A stretch of 64,000 nucleotides of DNA, from contig CABZJY010000005.1 of the NCBI GenBank assembly GCA_902526175.1, forward strand, positions 11,711 through 75,710. Direction: 5' to 3'. Position 1 is the first letter of the stretch. Every line of letters begins with the position of its first letter. Shown piece after piece: positions 42,474-51,360 of this stretch. The notes beneath the pieces are model-generated. The model ran no database searches, was not told the DNA's origin, and saw only the letters and a list, made by a program, of their open reading frames with translations. The translations under genes were made by a program, and so were the position numbers. This DNA comes from an uncultured Alphaproteobacteria bacterium (GTDB lineage: Bacteria > Pseudomonadota > Alphaproteobacteria > Methylaequorales > Methylaequoraceae).

Positions 42474-42544
42474 TGTAAAAGATTTGTCTTTGATATAATA
42501 TTGAGTTTTGATTAAATAAAAAACTTAATAATAATAGAAAAATT

Positions 42545-43825
42545 ATGTTTTTAAAATTCATTTGCAAATTTATTTTTATTATAATTTTATCAAATTTTTT
42601 TGATAACAATAATATTTTGACCAGAGAACTTTCAATTAAAGATTTAGAATTGAGAAAAAAGGCAGATCAGGAAAGACTTTTAGAGAGACAAAAAAGAGGT
42701 TTGAAAAAAAGTAAGATAGAAAAAAAATTTACAACAGATATTGTATTTCTTACAAAAGAAAGAAAGATCCCACCAGTTTTGTCAAATCTAGACCCAATTT
42801 TAAGTGATGAAGGTTTCTACGGAATAAAACTTGGTAATGAAGATAATCTTACTACTGGAAACTTTTTAGGCCATGATTACCAATTTAAATTTATTCAGGT
42901 GGGGCTTGAGGAAGAATTAGAGAAAGAATTTAAATTACTCGTAGATATGGGCTATAAATTTTTTATTGTTGATTTAAAGACTGATGAAATTTTAAATCTT
43001 ATGGAACTTGAAGAATTCGATGAGGTTCTGATTTTCAATACAAGGTCAAAATCAAATGTACTCAGAAATAAACTTTGTCATGAAAATCTTTTTCATGTTG
43101 CACCTAGTAATGCAATTTTAGCTGATGCATTAACGCAATATTTAGTAAAAAAAAAATGGAAAAAATGGTTTTTAGTAGTTGGTCCAGAACTTGAAGATAA
43201 AGAGTTTGCAGAAGCTTTGAAGGAGTCGGCTGACAAATTTAATGTCAAAATTAAAGAAGAACGAACTTGGGATTTTACATCTGATCTAAGAAGAACCTCT
43301 CAAAAAGAAGTGCCAATTTTCACTAAAGGAGTTAAGTATGATGTACTGGTCGTCTCCGATGTAAAGGGTGAATTTGGAGAATATTTAGCATATAGGACAT
43401 GGGACCCTAGACCGGTGGTTGGTACTCAAGGACTTATTCCTACAAGTTGGCACAGAACCCACGAACAATGGGGAGCTACACAGATGCAAAATAGATTTAG
43501 AAGAAATGCAGGTAGATGGATGACCCCTGTAGATTATGGAGCATGGGTTGGGATGCGTTCTATTGGAGAAGCAGTTACAAGAGTTTCTAATAATAATTTA
43601 AAAGATATCAGAGAATTTTTAACTAGTGAAAAATTTGGTATTGGAGCTTATAAAGGTTTAAAAGTCTCTTATAGAAGTTGGAATAGACAACTTCGTCAGC
43701 CGGTTTTACTTGCAGCATCTAGATCTATGGTATCCGTGTCACCACAAGAAGGTTATCTTCATCCAAAAAGTGAATTAGATACTTTAGGATACGATGAGTC
43801 TGAATCCTCTTGTAAAATGAAATGA
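42545..43825 (+). CDS. ABC substrate-binding protein of the PQQ-alcohol dehydrogenase / lanthanide transport system (LutA/PedA-like)
   Basis: DNLTTGNFLG, WHRTHEQWGATQMQNRF, LRQPVLL, EGYLHP..ELDTLGYD..ES.C. Confidence 0.85.
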   Translation: MFLKFICKFIFIIILSNFFDNNNILTRELSIKDLELRKKADQERLLERQKRGLKKSKIEKKFTTDIVFLTKERKIPPVLSNLDPILSDEGFYGIKLGNEDNLTTGNFLGHDYQFKFIQVGLEEELEKEFKLLVDMGYKFFIVDLKTDEILNLMELEEFDEVLIFNTRSKSNVLRNKLCHENLFHVAPSNAILADALTQYLVKKKWKKWFLVVGPELEDKEFAEALKESADKFNVKIKEERTWDFTSDLRRTSQKEVPIFTKGVKYDVLVVSDVKGEFGEYLAYRTWDPRPVVGTQGLIPTSWHRTHEQWGATQMQNRFRRNAGRWMTPVDYGAWVGMRSIGEAVTRVSNNNLKDIREFLTSEKFGIGAYKGLKVSYRSWNRQLRQPVLLAASRSMVSVSPQEGYLHPKSELDTLGYDESESSCKMK

Positions 43826-43843
43826 AAAATATAAATTAATATA

Positions 43844-44818
43844 ATGAAATCTTTTATGACATATCTTTTTTGCTTAGTTCTGATTTTTTTTGTAAGTGAA
43901 ACTGCAGACGCTAACATGGCTTATATAACCAATGAAAAAGATAATACTGTAAGTGTTTTAGATATCAAAAAGAAGAAAGTAGTAAAAACTGTTGAGGTTG
44001 GACAAAGGCCAAGGGGTATAATAATGTCTAAGGATGGAAAACTCGTTCTTATATGTGCGTCAGACGATGATAGGGTCGAAGTGAGAGACGCAGAAACAAT
44101 GAAATTAAAATATTACCTTCCATCAGGTCCAGATCCAGAATTATTTGTTCTATCTCCAGATGACAGTGTACTCTATATTGCTAATGAGGACGATGCAATG
44201 GTAACAGTTGTTGATATGGATCAGAAAATGATAATTGATGATATCCCTGTAGGTGTTGAGCCAGAGGGTATGGGACTTAACACAGACGGTACTCTATTGG
44301 TTAACACCTCAGAAACAACTAACATGGCTCATTTTATTAATACAGACACTCTTGAAATAGTTGAAAATGTACTTGTAGACGCACGTCCGCGAGTTGCTAT
44401 GTTTACAAGTGATAACAGCGAAATTTGGGTTTCCGCAGAAATCGGTGGAACAGTTAAAGTCATTAACCCGGAAGATAAGTCAGTAAAAAATACCATTTCA
44501 TTCGAAATACCAGGTGTAAATGAGGAAAGTATTCAGCCAGTTGGTATAAGGCATACAAATGATGGGAAATACACTTTTGTTGCACTTGGACCCGCTAACA
44601 GAATTGCAGTTATTGACCAAAAGAGTAAAGAAATTTTAAAATATTTACTTGTTGGACAAAGAGTATGGCAGTTAGCTTTTACACCCGATCATAAAACTCT
44701 TCTAAGTACCAATGGTGTGAGCAACGATGTTTCATTTATTAATGTAGAAAAATTAAAAGTTGAAAAATCGATCAAGGTAGGTAGATTTCCTTGGGGAGTG
44801 GTAATTTCACCAAATTAA
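43844..44818 (+). CDS. PQQ-catabolism-associated YVTN beta-propeller protein (LutB-like)
   Basis: AYITNEKDNTVS, VGQRPRG, LPSGPDPELF, VGVEPEG repeats. Confidence 0.85.
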   Translation: MKSFMTYLFCLVLIFFVSETADANMAYITNEKDNTVSVLDIKKKKVVKTVEVGQRPRGIIMSKDGKLVLICASDDDRVEVRDAETMKLKYYLPSGPDPELFVLSPDDSVLYIANEDDAMVTVVDMDQKMIIDDIPVGVEPEGMGLNTDGTLLVNTSETTNMAHFINTDTLEIVENVLVDARPRVAMFTSDNSEIWVSAEIGGTVKVINPEDKSVKNTISFEIPGVNEESIQPVGIRHTNDGKYTFVALGPANRIAVIDQKSKEILKYLLVGQRVWQLAFTPDHKTLLSTNGVSNDVSFINVEKLKVEKSIKVGRFPWGVVISPN

Positions 44819-44822
44819 ATAA

Positions 44823-45545
44823 ATGTCAGCGCTATCAATAGATAATGTGAGTCACTTCTTTGGATCTTTTTGTGCTCTGGATGATGTTGATTTCAAAATC
44901 TCCGGCGGCGATTTCACTGTATTACTAGGTCTCAACGGTGCGGGTAAAACAACTCTGTATTCTTTAATAACTCGTTTATACAATACCGCTAAAGGTGAAA
45001 TAAAAATTTACGGAAACAGCTTGTCTAAAAACCCATATCAGGCTCTTAAGAACATTGGAGTTGTTTTTCAACAGCCTACACTTGATCTAGATCTAAGCGT
45101 AAATGAAAATCTTATGTATCATTCGTCTTTACATGGTATGAAAAAAAAATTAGCTCGTTCAAGAATTGAAAACGAATTAGATAGAATAGGGCTTTTAGAA
45201 AAAAAAAATACTAAAGTAAGAACTTTGTCCGGTGGTCAAAGGAGAAGAATTGAAATAGCAAGATCTTTAATTCATAAGCCCAATCTATTGTTGCTTGATG
45301 AACCAACTGTGGGTCTCGATATAGGTTCAAGGCAGACCATTTTGAAGCATGTTAAAAATCTATGCAAAGTTGATAATCTTGCAGTATTATGGGCTACACA
45401 CCTTATTGATGAAATAGACAAAGGTGAAAAAGTTGTAATTATTGATAAGGGTAAGATTTTAGAAAAAGGTGATGTCGAATCAATAGTTAAAAGAAATAAA
45501 ACAAAAAATATAAGAGAAGCATTTAATAAGCTAGTCAAAATTTAA
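44823..45545 (+). CDS. ABC transporter ATPase (LutE/PedB-like)
   Basis: GLNGAGKTT, GVVFQQPTLDLDL, LSGGQRRR, WATHLIDE. Confidence 0.88.
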   Translation: MSALSIDNVSHFFGSFCALDDVDFKISGGDFTVLLGLNGAGKTTLYSLITRLYNTAKGEIKIYGNSLSKNPYQALKNIGVVFQQPTLDLDLSVNENLMYHSSLHGMKKKLARSRIENELDRIGLLEKKNTKVRTLSGGQRRRIEIARSLIHKPNLLLLDEPTVGLDIGSRQTILKHVKNLCKVDNLAVLWATHLIDEIDKGEKVVIIDKGKILEKGDVESIVKRNKTKNIREAFNKLVKI

Positions 45546-45552
45546 GAAATCC

Positions 45553-46353
45553 ATGAATCTCCCAAGTTACATAATTTGTTTTAAGGGTATCGTATTAAGA
45601 GAAGCCCTAAGATTTGTGCATCAAAGAGAAAGATTTTTTTCAGCATTAGTAAGACCTTTGGTTTGGTTAGGCATTTTTGCTGCAGGTTTTAGATCTGTAT
45701 TAGGTGTTTCTATTATTCCACCTTATGAAACATATATAACTTATGAGGTATATATTGCTCCGGGTCTTATAGCAATGATACAGTTGTTTAATGGTATGCA
45801 AAGCTCACTATCAATGGTTTATGACAGAGAGATGGGGAGTATGAAAACCATGCTTGTAAGCCCAATACCGAGATGGTTTTTGCTTACTTCTAAACTATTA
45901 GCTGGAGTATTTGTCTCGATTCTACAGGTTTATGCGTTTCTATTTATCGCCTCATTTTGGGACATAAAACCTCCTATTTTTGGATATTTATCCCTTTTGC
46001 CAGCTTTGATAGTTTCAGGACTAATGCTTGGTGCTTTAGGAATGTTTCTATCCTCGGCAATTAAGCAACTTGAGAATTTTGCTGGTGTTATGAATTTTGT
46101 AATTTTTCCAATGTTTTTTGCATCTTCGGCTCTTTACCCATTGTGGAAAATTGAAGAAACAAGTGAATGGTTATATGTAGTTTGTAAATTTAATCCATTT
46201 ACATATGCGGTTGAAACAATAAGGTTTTCACTTTATGCTCAAGTAAATTTAGAAAATACCGTGGGAATCATAACTTGCACGATTATATTTTTGACTTTTT
46301 CGATTATAGGTTATGATCCTGCAAGAAGATTCATCCAAAAAAAAGGGAGGTAA
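45553..46353 (+). CDS. ABC transporter permease (LutF/PedC-like)
   Basis: RFFSALVRPLVWL, PPYETYITYEVY, MQSSLSMVYDREMGSM, ENFAGVMNFVIFP. Confidence 0.88.
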   Translation: MNLPSYIICFKGIVLREALRFVHQRERFFSALVRPLVWLGIFAAGFRSVLGVSIIPPYETYITYEVYIAPGLIAMIQLFNGMQSSLSMVYDREMGSMKTMLVSPIPRWFLLTSKLLAGVFVSILQVYAFLFIASFWDIKPPIFGYLSLLPALIVSGLMLGALGMFLSSAIKQLENFAGVMNFVIFPMFFASSALYPLWKIEETSEWLYVVCKFNPFTYAVETIRFSLYAQVNLENTVGIITCTIIFLTFSIIGYDPARRFIQKKGR

Positions 46354-46355
46354 TT

Positions 46356-46766
46356 GTGAAAATAATATTTATGTCATTATTGTTTTTTGCATTAGAATTA
46401 AATGCAAAAGGAGATTTATCAATTAGAGCTAAAAAGCTTATTTTAGATTTGGGATCTGAAAAAAGTGATTATGATATGTCTCAAAAAATTTTTAATCTTG
46501 AAACTGGAAAAGCGTATAATCTCGAAATTACTAGTATGGGCTTTAAGGAATATGAATTTGAAGCTGAAGATTTCTTTAGGAATATATGGATTAGAAAGAT
46601 TGAAGTTGAAGGCGTTGAAATAAATGCTCCAGTGCTTGAAGGGTTTGAGTTTGAAAGAGAAGGTGAAATTGAAATAAAATTTGTTCCAATTAGACCGGGA
46701 AAATATGATTTTCAAATTGAGGGTTTAGAATCCAAAGGTATGATTGGAAAATTTGTTGTAGAATAA
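46356..46766 (+). CDS. Exported cupredoxin-fold-like protein lacking the Cys/His copper ligands
   Basis: Signal peptide; C-terminal GKYDFQIEGLESKGMIGKFVV aligns without gaps to the pseudoazurin ligand loop GIYLYQCSPHAALGMIGIVVV. Confidence 0.65.
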   Translation: MKIIFMSLLFFALELNAKGDLSIRAKKLILDLGSEKSDYDMSQKIFNLETGKAYNLEITSMGFKEYEFEAEDFFRNIWIRKIEVEGVEINAPVLEGFEFEREGEIEIKFVPIRPGKYDFQIEGLESKGMIGKFVVE

Positions 46767-46786
46767 ATAAATGAAAGGATATTCAA

Positions 46787-47434
46787 ATGTATATTAAAAA
46801 GTTTTTAGTTATTTTAATGTTTACTTTTTGTTTTAGTGTAAACAGTTTAGAATCTGCTCCACCTGAATCATCACCTAAAAAATGGCCATGTGATCAAGTT
46901 TATAACCCTAAGTTAGACCTAAAAGCAGTTTGGAGTGGTCCACAAATTGATGATTTTAAGAAAAATTGGTGGAAAGATGATGAGGTTATAGAAATGGTAA
47001 ATAAATTATCTGATCCAATTCTGAGTGAAGACGAAGGTACACGGATTATTGAAGATTTTGCGAAAAAACATTCGTATTTTGGTTTAATAAAAAAGAAAGA
47101 AAGAAATACAAAATTAATAAATATTTTTGTAGGTTTATTTGAGAAAGCTTCTCAAAAAAGAAATAAGCAATATGAAGGTATAATTAAGTTTGTGGAAAGA
47201 CAGGATGTAATTAGAAAAACAATTGGAGATGCATCAAAGGAATTGAGAAAATACAGAAAAGCTGGCCTGGATGTTAAAGATCCAAAGTTCACCGAGGCTG
47301 AAGCTAAAATGAAATGGAATACCAGAGTTTTTGACCAAAGAACAAGATTAACAGAATATGTTTGTGAAGAGCCAGTTTTTCTTGAACAAAGGATTGGTTA
47401 TCAAGCCAGAAAAATACTTACCTATTTGCAATAA
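46787..47434 (+). CDS. Conserved exported helical protein of methylotroph lut/xox clusters
   Basis: Signal peptide; WPCDQ...VWSGP and YVCEEPVFLEQR motifs that I recognise from lut-cluster hypotheticals. Confidence 0.6.
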   Translation: MYIKKFLVILMFTFCFSVNSLESAPPESSPKKWPCDQVYNPKLDLKAVWSGPQIDDFKKNWWKDDEVIEMVNKLSDPILSEDEGTRIIEDFAKKHSYFGLIKKKERNTKLINIFVGLFEKASQKRNKQYEGIIKFVERQDVIRKTIGDASKELRKYRKAGLDVKDPKFTEAEAKMKWNTRVFDQRTRLTEYVCEEPVFLEQRIGYQARKILTYLQ

Positions 47435-47551
47435 AGTAAATTAATTATGAATCTGGTATGAACGAACCAATCATTTTATTTTAATATTTTATCTGTATAT
47501 TTTTCATCAAGCTCGTAAGAGTGAAATCCAAACTATATAAAGGAGAAAATT

Positions 47552-47629
47552 ATGGCTTGGACTAAACCAATGATTTCTGAGATCTCTGTAGGTCTAGAAA
47601 TCAATTCATACGCTTGCGCTGAGAAGTAA
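47552..47629 (+). CDS. pqqA: PQQ precursor peptide PqqA (not in ORF track)
   Basis: MAWTKPMISEISVGLEINSYACAEK*; E-x-x-x-Y motif; AAGGAG RBS; upstream of pqqB. Confidence 0.96.
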   Translation: MAWTKPMISEISVGLEINSYACAEK

Positions 47630-47632
47630 TTC

Positions 47633-47682
47633 TTAGCAATAGCTAATTTGATGCCCCTTAAGTCTAATTTGGTTTAAGGGGC
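47633..47682 (+). terminator. Two hairpins between pqqA and pqqB (attenuator or mRNA-stabilising element)
   Basis: TTAGC-AATA-GCTAA (47633-46) and GCCCCTTAA-N12-TTAAGGGGC (47653-82); no U-tract follows. Confidence 0.6.
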
Positions 47683-47698
47683 TAACAAATATCTAATT

Positions 47699-48628
47699 AT
47701 GAAACTACTTGTACTAGGTTCTGGAGCAGGAGGGGGATCTCCCCAATGGAATTGTAATTCTGAGGTAAGTATGGCTGTCCGAGAGAAAAGAGACGGTACT
47801 TCCATCAGGACACAATCATCAATTGCTGTATCAGCTGATAATGAAAACTGGTTTTTGTTTAATGCTTCACCAGATATCGGTTCACAGATGTTAAAAAATA
47901 AGCAATTGCACCCCAAAAAAAAACCCAGACATAGCCCTATATCTGGTGTAGTTCTAACCAATGGTGATGTTGATCATGTTGCAGGATTGCTTACCCTGAG
48001 AGAGCGACAAAATCTTTCTTTATATGCACATAAAAGGGTCCATCATGTATTAAGTCAAAATAGTATATTCAATGTATTAAACCCAGATTATGTAGACAAA
48101 AGAGAAATGGTAATGAATAAAGAGTTTGAACTTGAAACGAAAACCTTCAAAAAGTCTGGTATCTTGGTTGAGGCATTTGAAGTTCCAGGAAAAATTGCTT
48201 TATGGCTTGAAGATGAATCCAAAGGAGCAAATTTTGGTACTCAAGAAGGCGACACCATTGGACTAAAGATTTCTTCGAAAAATAGCTCAAAAAGTTTTTT
48301 TTACATCCCTGCATGTGCCAAAATTACAGATGAACTTAGAAATAGAATTGATAATAGTGATTTAATACTTTTTGATGGTACATTATGGAAAAATGATGAA
48401 ATGGAAGATAGTAATGTTGGCGAAAAGACGGGTCAAAGAATGGGACACATGAATAATTCTGGATTAGACGGTTCTATGGAAATATTTAAAAAAATTAATG
48501 TAAAAAGGAAAATTTATATACATATAAATACTACTAATCCAATTTTGCTTGATTATTCTAATGAAAGAAAGATTGTTGAACAAAATGGTTGGGAAGTAAG
48601 CTATGATGGAATGGAGATCGATTTATGA
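47699..48628 (+). CDS. pqqB: PQQ biosynthesis protein PqqB
   Basis: LGSGAGGGSPQWNC, RTQSSIAVS, NASPD, DGTLW, HINTTNP. Confidence 0.96.
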   Translation: MKLLVLGSGAGGGSPQWNCNSEVSMAVREKRDGTSIRTQSSIAVSADNENWFLFNASPDIGSQMLKNKQLHPKKKPRHSPISGVVLTNGDVDHVAGLLTLRERQNLSLYAHKRVHHVLSQNSIFNVLNPDYVDKREMVMNKEFELETKTFKKSGILVEAFEVPGKIALWLEDESKGANFGTQEGDTIGLKISSKNSSKSFFYIPACAKITDELRNRIDNSDLILFDGTLWKNDEMEDSNVGEKTGQRMGHMNNSGLDGSMEIFKKINVKRKIYIHINTTNPILLDYSNERKIVEQNGWEVSYDGMEIDL

Positions 48629-49407
48629 AAAATATGGTAAATGAACAGCAATACAATGACTTATTAACTAAATCAGAATTTGAAGCAGCTCTAAGAAAAA
48701 TTGGTAAGGAGCGTTATCATGATAACTGTAGATTCCATCATCTTTTGCATAATGGATTGTTAAATAAAGGCCAAGTACAGGCATGGGCAATTAATAGATA
48801 TTACTACCAAATTAATATTTCAATTAAAGATTCTGCTCTAATGTCAAGAATCAAAAACCCTGAATTAAGAAGAAAATGGATTCACAGGATACTTGATCAC
48901 GATGGTAGAAGAGATGATGAAGGTGGCATTGAAAGATGGTACAAATTAACTGATGGTCTTGGTCTAGACAGAGAATATGTAAAATCAACGGATGGTGTAT
49001 TGCCTGCAACAAAATTTGCTGTCGACTGTTATGTATCTTTTGTAAAAGAGAAAACTATACTAGAAGGAGTAACATCCTCCTTAACTGAATTATTTGCACC
49101 AAAAATACACAAAGAGAGAATTTCTGGGATGTTGGAAAATTATAAGTTTATAAATGACACAACTATGGCTTATTTTAAAAAAAGAGTAGACCAAGCAACT
49201 GACGACGCTGATTTTGTTTTGGACTATGCTTTAAAAAATGCCAAAACTCGTGAAGAACAAGATTCTGTTTGTGATGCATTAAAATTTAAAACAGATGTCT
49301 TATGGGTAATGCAAGATGCATTGTATCACTCTTATATTAATGGGCACGTGCCTCCTGGCGCTTTCATGCCGGAGGATTTTGATGACAGATATATTGAAAA
49401 TAAATGA
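48625..49407 (+). CDS. pqqC: PQQ synthase PqqC
   Basis: RYH...FH, WAINRYYYQ, RILDHDG, SSLTELFAP..HKER. Confidence 0.96.
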   Translation: MKNMVNEQQYNDLLTKSEFEAALRKIGKERYHDNCRFHHLLHNGLLNKGQVQAWAINRYYYQINISIKDSALMSRIKNPELRRKWIHRILDHDGRRDDEGGIERWYKLTDGLGLDREYVKSTDGVLPATKFAVDCYVSFVKEKTILEGVTSSLTELFAPKIHKERISGMLENYKFINDTTMAYFKKRVDQATDDADFVLDYALKNAKTREEQDSVCDALKFKTDVLWVMQDALYHSYINGHVPPGAFMPEDFDDRYIENK

Positions 49408-49669
49408 TGAAACAATTCTTAAATTTCCAAAACATGTTAAATTTAAATATAATGAACCAAGAAAGGAATGGGTTATTCTTGCTCCTGAAAAACTTGTTAA
49501 ACCAGACAAAATTGCAGTTGAAATATTAAAATTAGTAAACGGTGAAAGATCAGTGAAAAATATAGTCCAAGAGCTTAGCAAAATCTTTAAAGCACCGGAG
49601 AATGTTATCCTTGAAGATGTAAAGATTATGCTTCAACAACTTTCTGAAAAAGGATTTTTGGTAGAATGA
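49382..49669 (+). CDS. pqqD: PQQ peptide chaperone PqqD
   Basis: WVILAPEKLVKPDKIAVEIL; ATG at 49382 preferred over 49316. Confidence 0.9.
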   Translation: MTDILKINDETILKFPKHVKFKYNEPRKEWVILAPEKLVKPDKIAVEILKLVNGERSVKNIVQELSKIFKAPENVILEDVKIMLQQLSEKGFLVE

Positions 49670-50811
49670 CTAACAATAACGGTAATGGTTTAAAAAAAGC
49701 TTCTGAACATGGAATTCCAGCGCCTTTGGCACTCCTAGCAGAATTGTCGCATAGATGTCCACTTCAATGTCCTTATTGTTCGAATCCAGTACAGTTAGAG
49801 AAAAAAACTGCTGAGTTGACAACTGATGAATGGAGGTCCGTTATTGACCAAGCTGTTGATATGGGTATGCATCAAATACATTTGTCAGGAGGAGAACCTA
49901 CAGTAAGGCATGATTTGGAAGATATAGTTGAGCATTGTTCAAAGAAAGGTTTGTATTCTAATTTGATTACATCTGGCGTATTGCTTAATCCCGATCGAGT
50001 AAAAAAACTTGAAAAACTTGGTTTAGAGCATGTACAGATATCCTTTCAAGACACTGAGAATGAAAATGCTGATAGAATTGGTGGTTATAAAGGGGGGCAT
50101 GTAAAGAAACTTGAGGTAGCAAAATGGGTGAGAGAAGTTGAGATCCCTTTAACATGCAATTGTGTCGTACACAGACAAAATATAGATAACTTAGAAAATT
50201 TTATAAATATGGCCCTTGAACTTGATGCTGAAAGAGTTGAAATTGCTCAAGTACAGTATTATGGATGGGCTTTGAAAAATAGAGCAGCATTTATTCCAAC
50301 TCCAGAGCAGCTTGATCATGCAACAGAAATAGTTGAAAAAGCTAGAGTAGATCTAAAAGGTAAAATTGTAATTGATTATGTCATTCCAGATTATTACGCA
50401 AAGCATCCTAAGAATTGTATGGGTGGCTGGGGTAGGCAGTTTTTAAACTTAAATCCAAAAGGCGATGTTCTTCCATGTCATGCTGCTGAAACAATTCCTC
50501 ATCTGAAATTTGACAATGTAAGAGAACGTTCACTTAAATGGATATGGGAAAATTCTGAAGCTTTTAATTTGTATAGGGGTACAGATTGGATGCCAGAACC
50601 ATGTAAATCATGTGACCGAAAAGAAATTGATTGGGGCGGATGTAGGTGTCAGGCAATGGCTTTGACAGGTGATGCAAGAAATACAGATCCAGCCTGCTCA
50701 ATATCACCGCTACACAATGAAATATTTTCTATGGCAGCAAAAGAAGCGAAAAGTGCACCACCAGAATTCATTTACAGAAGATATGGTGTGAGGTTTAATT
50801 CACCAATCTAA
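49666..50811 (+). CDS. pqqE: PQQ biosynthesis radical SAM enzyme PqqE
   Basis: AELSHRCPLQCPYCSNP, CMGGWG, SPASM C..C...GGCRCQA. Confidence 0.97.
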   Translation: MTNNNGNGLKKASEHGIPAPLALLAELSHRCPLQCPYCSNPVQLEKKTAELTTDEWRSVIDQAVDMGMHQIHLSGGEPTVRHDLEDIVEHCSKKGLYSNLITSGVLLNPDRVKKLEKLGLEHVQISFQDTENENADRIGGYKGGHVKKLEVAKWVREVEIPLTCNCVVHRQNIDNLENFINMALELDAERVEIAQVQYYGWALKNRAAFIPTPEQLDHATEIVEKARVDLKGKIVIDYVIPDYYAKHPKNCMGGWGRQFLNLNPKGDVLPCHAAETIPHLKFDNVRERSLKWIWENSEAFNLYRGTDWMPEPCKSCDRKEIDWGGCRCQAMALTGDARNTDPACSISPLHNEIFSMAAKEAKSAPPEFIYRRYGVRFNSPI

Positions 50812-50828
50812 ATTAATGCAAGTTTTAC

Positions 50829-50857
50829 TTGATATATGCCTAGATTAAGGCCATATT
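50829..50857 (+). promoter_or_regulatory. Putative sigma70 promoter of the pseudoazurin gene
   Basis: (C)TTGATA-N17-CATATT. Confidence 0.4.
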
Positions 50858-50917
50858 AACTCAAATAATCGTGATGATATTATGTGGGTCACGTTAAACT
50901 TTTAAAAAGGAAATATT

Positions 50918-51349
50918 ATGAAAAAAATTTTATTTACCCTAGCAATTTTTTGCTTTGCAACAACAGCTTATTCTGCAGATGTTACTATTGAGATGCTGAA
51001 TAAAAACAAAGAAACAAAACAAAGAATGGTTTATAGTCAGGAACTCGTAAAAATTGATGCTGGGAAAACTATAGAATGGTTACCAACGGCTAAAGGTCAT
51101 AATGTTGAAATGCTTGCTGGACCAGATGGTTATGAATTACCAAAGAAGACTAAGTTAAATGACCCAGTTTCTATTAAATTTGATAAGCCTGGTATTTACT
51201 TATATCAATGTTCACCTCACGCAGCATTAGGAATGATTGGTATCGTGGTAGTTGGCGGTGATACATCAAATAAAGATGCCATTGCTAAATTGAAACTTAC
51301 TGGTAGTAAATCTAAGAAGAAAAGAGATAAATTATTAGAAGGTGTTTAA
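50918..51349 (+). CDS. paz: Pseudoazurin (type-1 blue copper protein)
   Basis: Signal peptide; EMLNK, KGHNV, YQCSPHAALGMIG supply His/Cys/His/Met ligands. Confidence 0.93.
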   Translation: MKKILFTLAIFCFATTAYSADVTIEMLNKNKETKQRMVYSQELVKIDAGKTIEWLPTAKGHNVEMLAGPDGYELPKKTKLNDPVSIKFDKPGIYLYQCSPHAALGMIGIVVVGGDTSNKDAIAKLKLTGSKSKKKRDKLLEGV

Positions 51350-51360
51350 GCTTTAGATTT

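Noticed and set aside
42474-42544. SAM riboswitch upstream of metZ
   Set aside because: The 71-bp spacer is almost all A/T with no SAM-II/SAM-V or SAM-alpha motif
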